DNA of 20,071 nucleotides from Octopus sinensis (lineage: Eukaryota). Below the pieces are notes generated by a model. That model was not told where the DNA came from. It made no database searches and saw nothing but the letters and a program-made list of their open reading frames with translations. Of this stretch, positions 19,320-20,071 are shown one piece after another. Where the stretch lies: NCBI RefSeq assembly GCF_006345805.1, contig NW_021824068.1:1-20071 (forward strand), read 5' to 3'. A program made the translations under genes and the position numbers. The number at the start of each line of letters is the position of its first letter. Position 1 is the stretch's first letter.

Positions 19320-19640
19320 TGCATACATATACATATATGTGCGCGTCTATATATATTTACGTGTGTGTCTGTGGTGTGTATGTGTACTCATACACACACC
19401 AACACACATTCACCACACACATATATATATATACATATATATATATATGTATGTTTGTATATGATTTATATATATATGTACACATATACATATATATATA
19501 TATATTATATATATATATATATATATCATATATATAGTATATATGTTGTATGTATGCATGTATGTATGTATATGTATATGTATATATATATTCTATATTA
19601 TATATATATAATATAATTATATATAATATAATATATACGT
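19320..19640. repeat. Compound (TA)n/(TG)n/(CA)n microsatellite
   Basis: Direct inspection. Confidence 0.9.
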
Positions 19641-20071
19641 AATCGCCCGATTTATCGCAGAGCAGAGAAATAATCAGAGTTTTCCTTAGCAAGCGACAAG
19701 TTCAGTTCTATGACAAAAGATGTCACTGCAGATAAGCAGTTTGATAATACAGAAGAAAAATATTTTGAGTGAGAAAACGGTCGTCTGGTGGCTGCCTTTG
19801 TAGAATAGTTGTTGGCTTGATATCGCCATCGTATTATTGTTATCAATTGCTAAAGCCGTATCAAACGGCCATGTTGTCGTCTGCTGCAGTCGATATTTTA
19901 TCAATGCCTAAAGTAAACAAAGTGTCCACTGTCAATTTCTTAAGGAAGCAGAAACCAATAATTGAGTTTGTATTGCTCAGCACTACAACGAAACGGAACT
20001 TTTATAGACAATTTACTCTCAACTTTTTTTCCTTCTTCATTTAATCACAACTTCAGTCTTTCTCTTTCTCT

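Noticed and set aside
19650-20071. Unique sequence at the window end: possible next-gene exon, or RE1-like CTCAGCAC at ~19976
   Set aside because: No signal-peptide or nAChR-like frame and no convincing splice sites. It is only a half RE1 match, and REST regulation is not established in molluscs.

Overview
Eukaryotic, AT-rich and microsatellite-rich genomic DNA, most likely from an octopus/cephalopod. This is inferred from the tRNA-derived SINE families, the huge (TA)n tracts and the mollusc/protostome-type receptor. The only host gene is the 3' part of a nicotinic acetylcholine receptor alpha-type subunit on the + strand: three coding exons, join(121..230,3053..4082,5976..6149), giving 437 visible aa from loop A to the C-terminus, with the N-terminal exons lying upstream of the window. 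It keeps the Cys-loop, the vicinal Cys-Cys and a cation-type M2. It has lost the conserved loop-C Asp (D200 equivalent is Ile) and the cytoplasmic-ring Asp, and it carries two extra extracellular Cys. The rest is repeat-derived: three tRNA-SINE families, two Tc1/mariner relics, a Helitron-like non-autonomous element, relics of RLE (R4/Dong-like), RTE and possibly I-clade LINEs, and many microsatellites. The most striking structure is a near-perfect ~265-bp-arm inverted SINE pair (186 bp perfectly complementary) about 135 nt upstream of the last (M4) exon, a candidate ADAR substrate or splicing modulator. There are no prokaryotic systems, CRISPR arrays or true tRNA genes. All alignments were done by eye.
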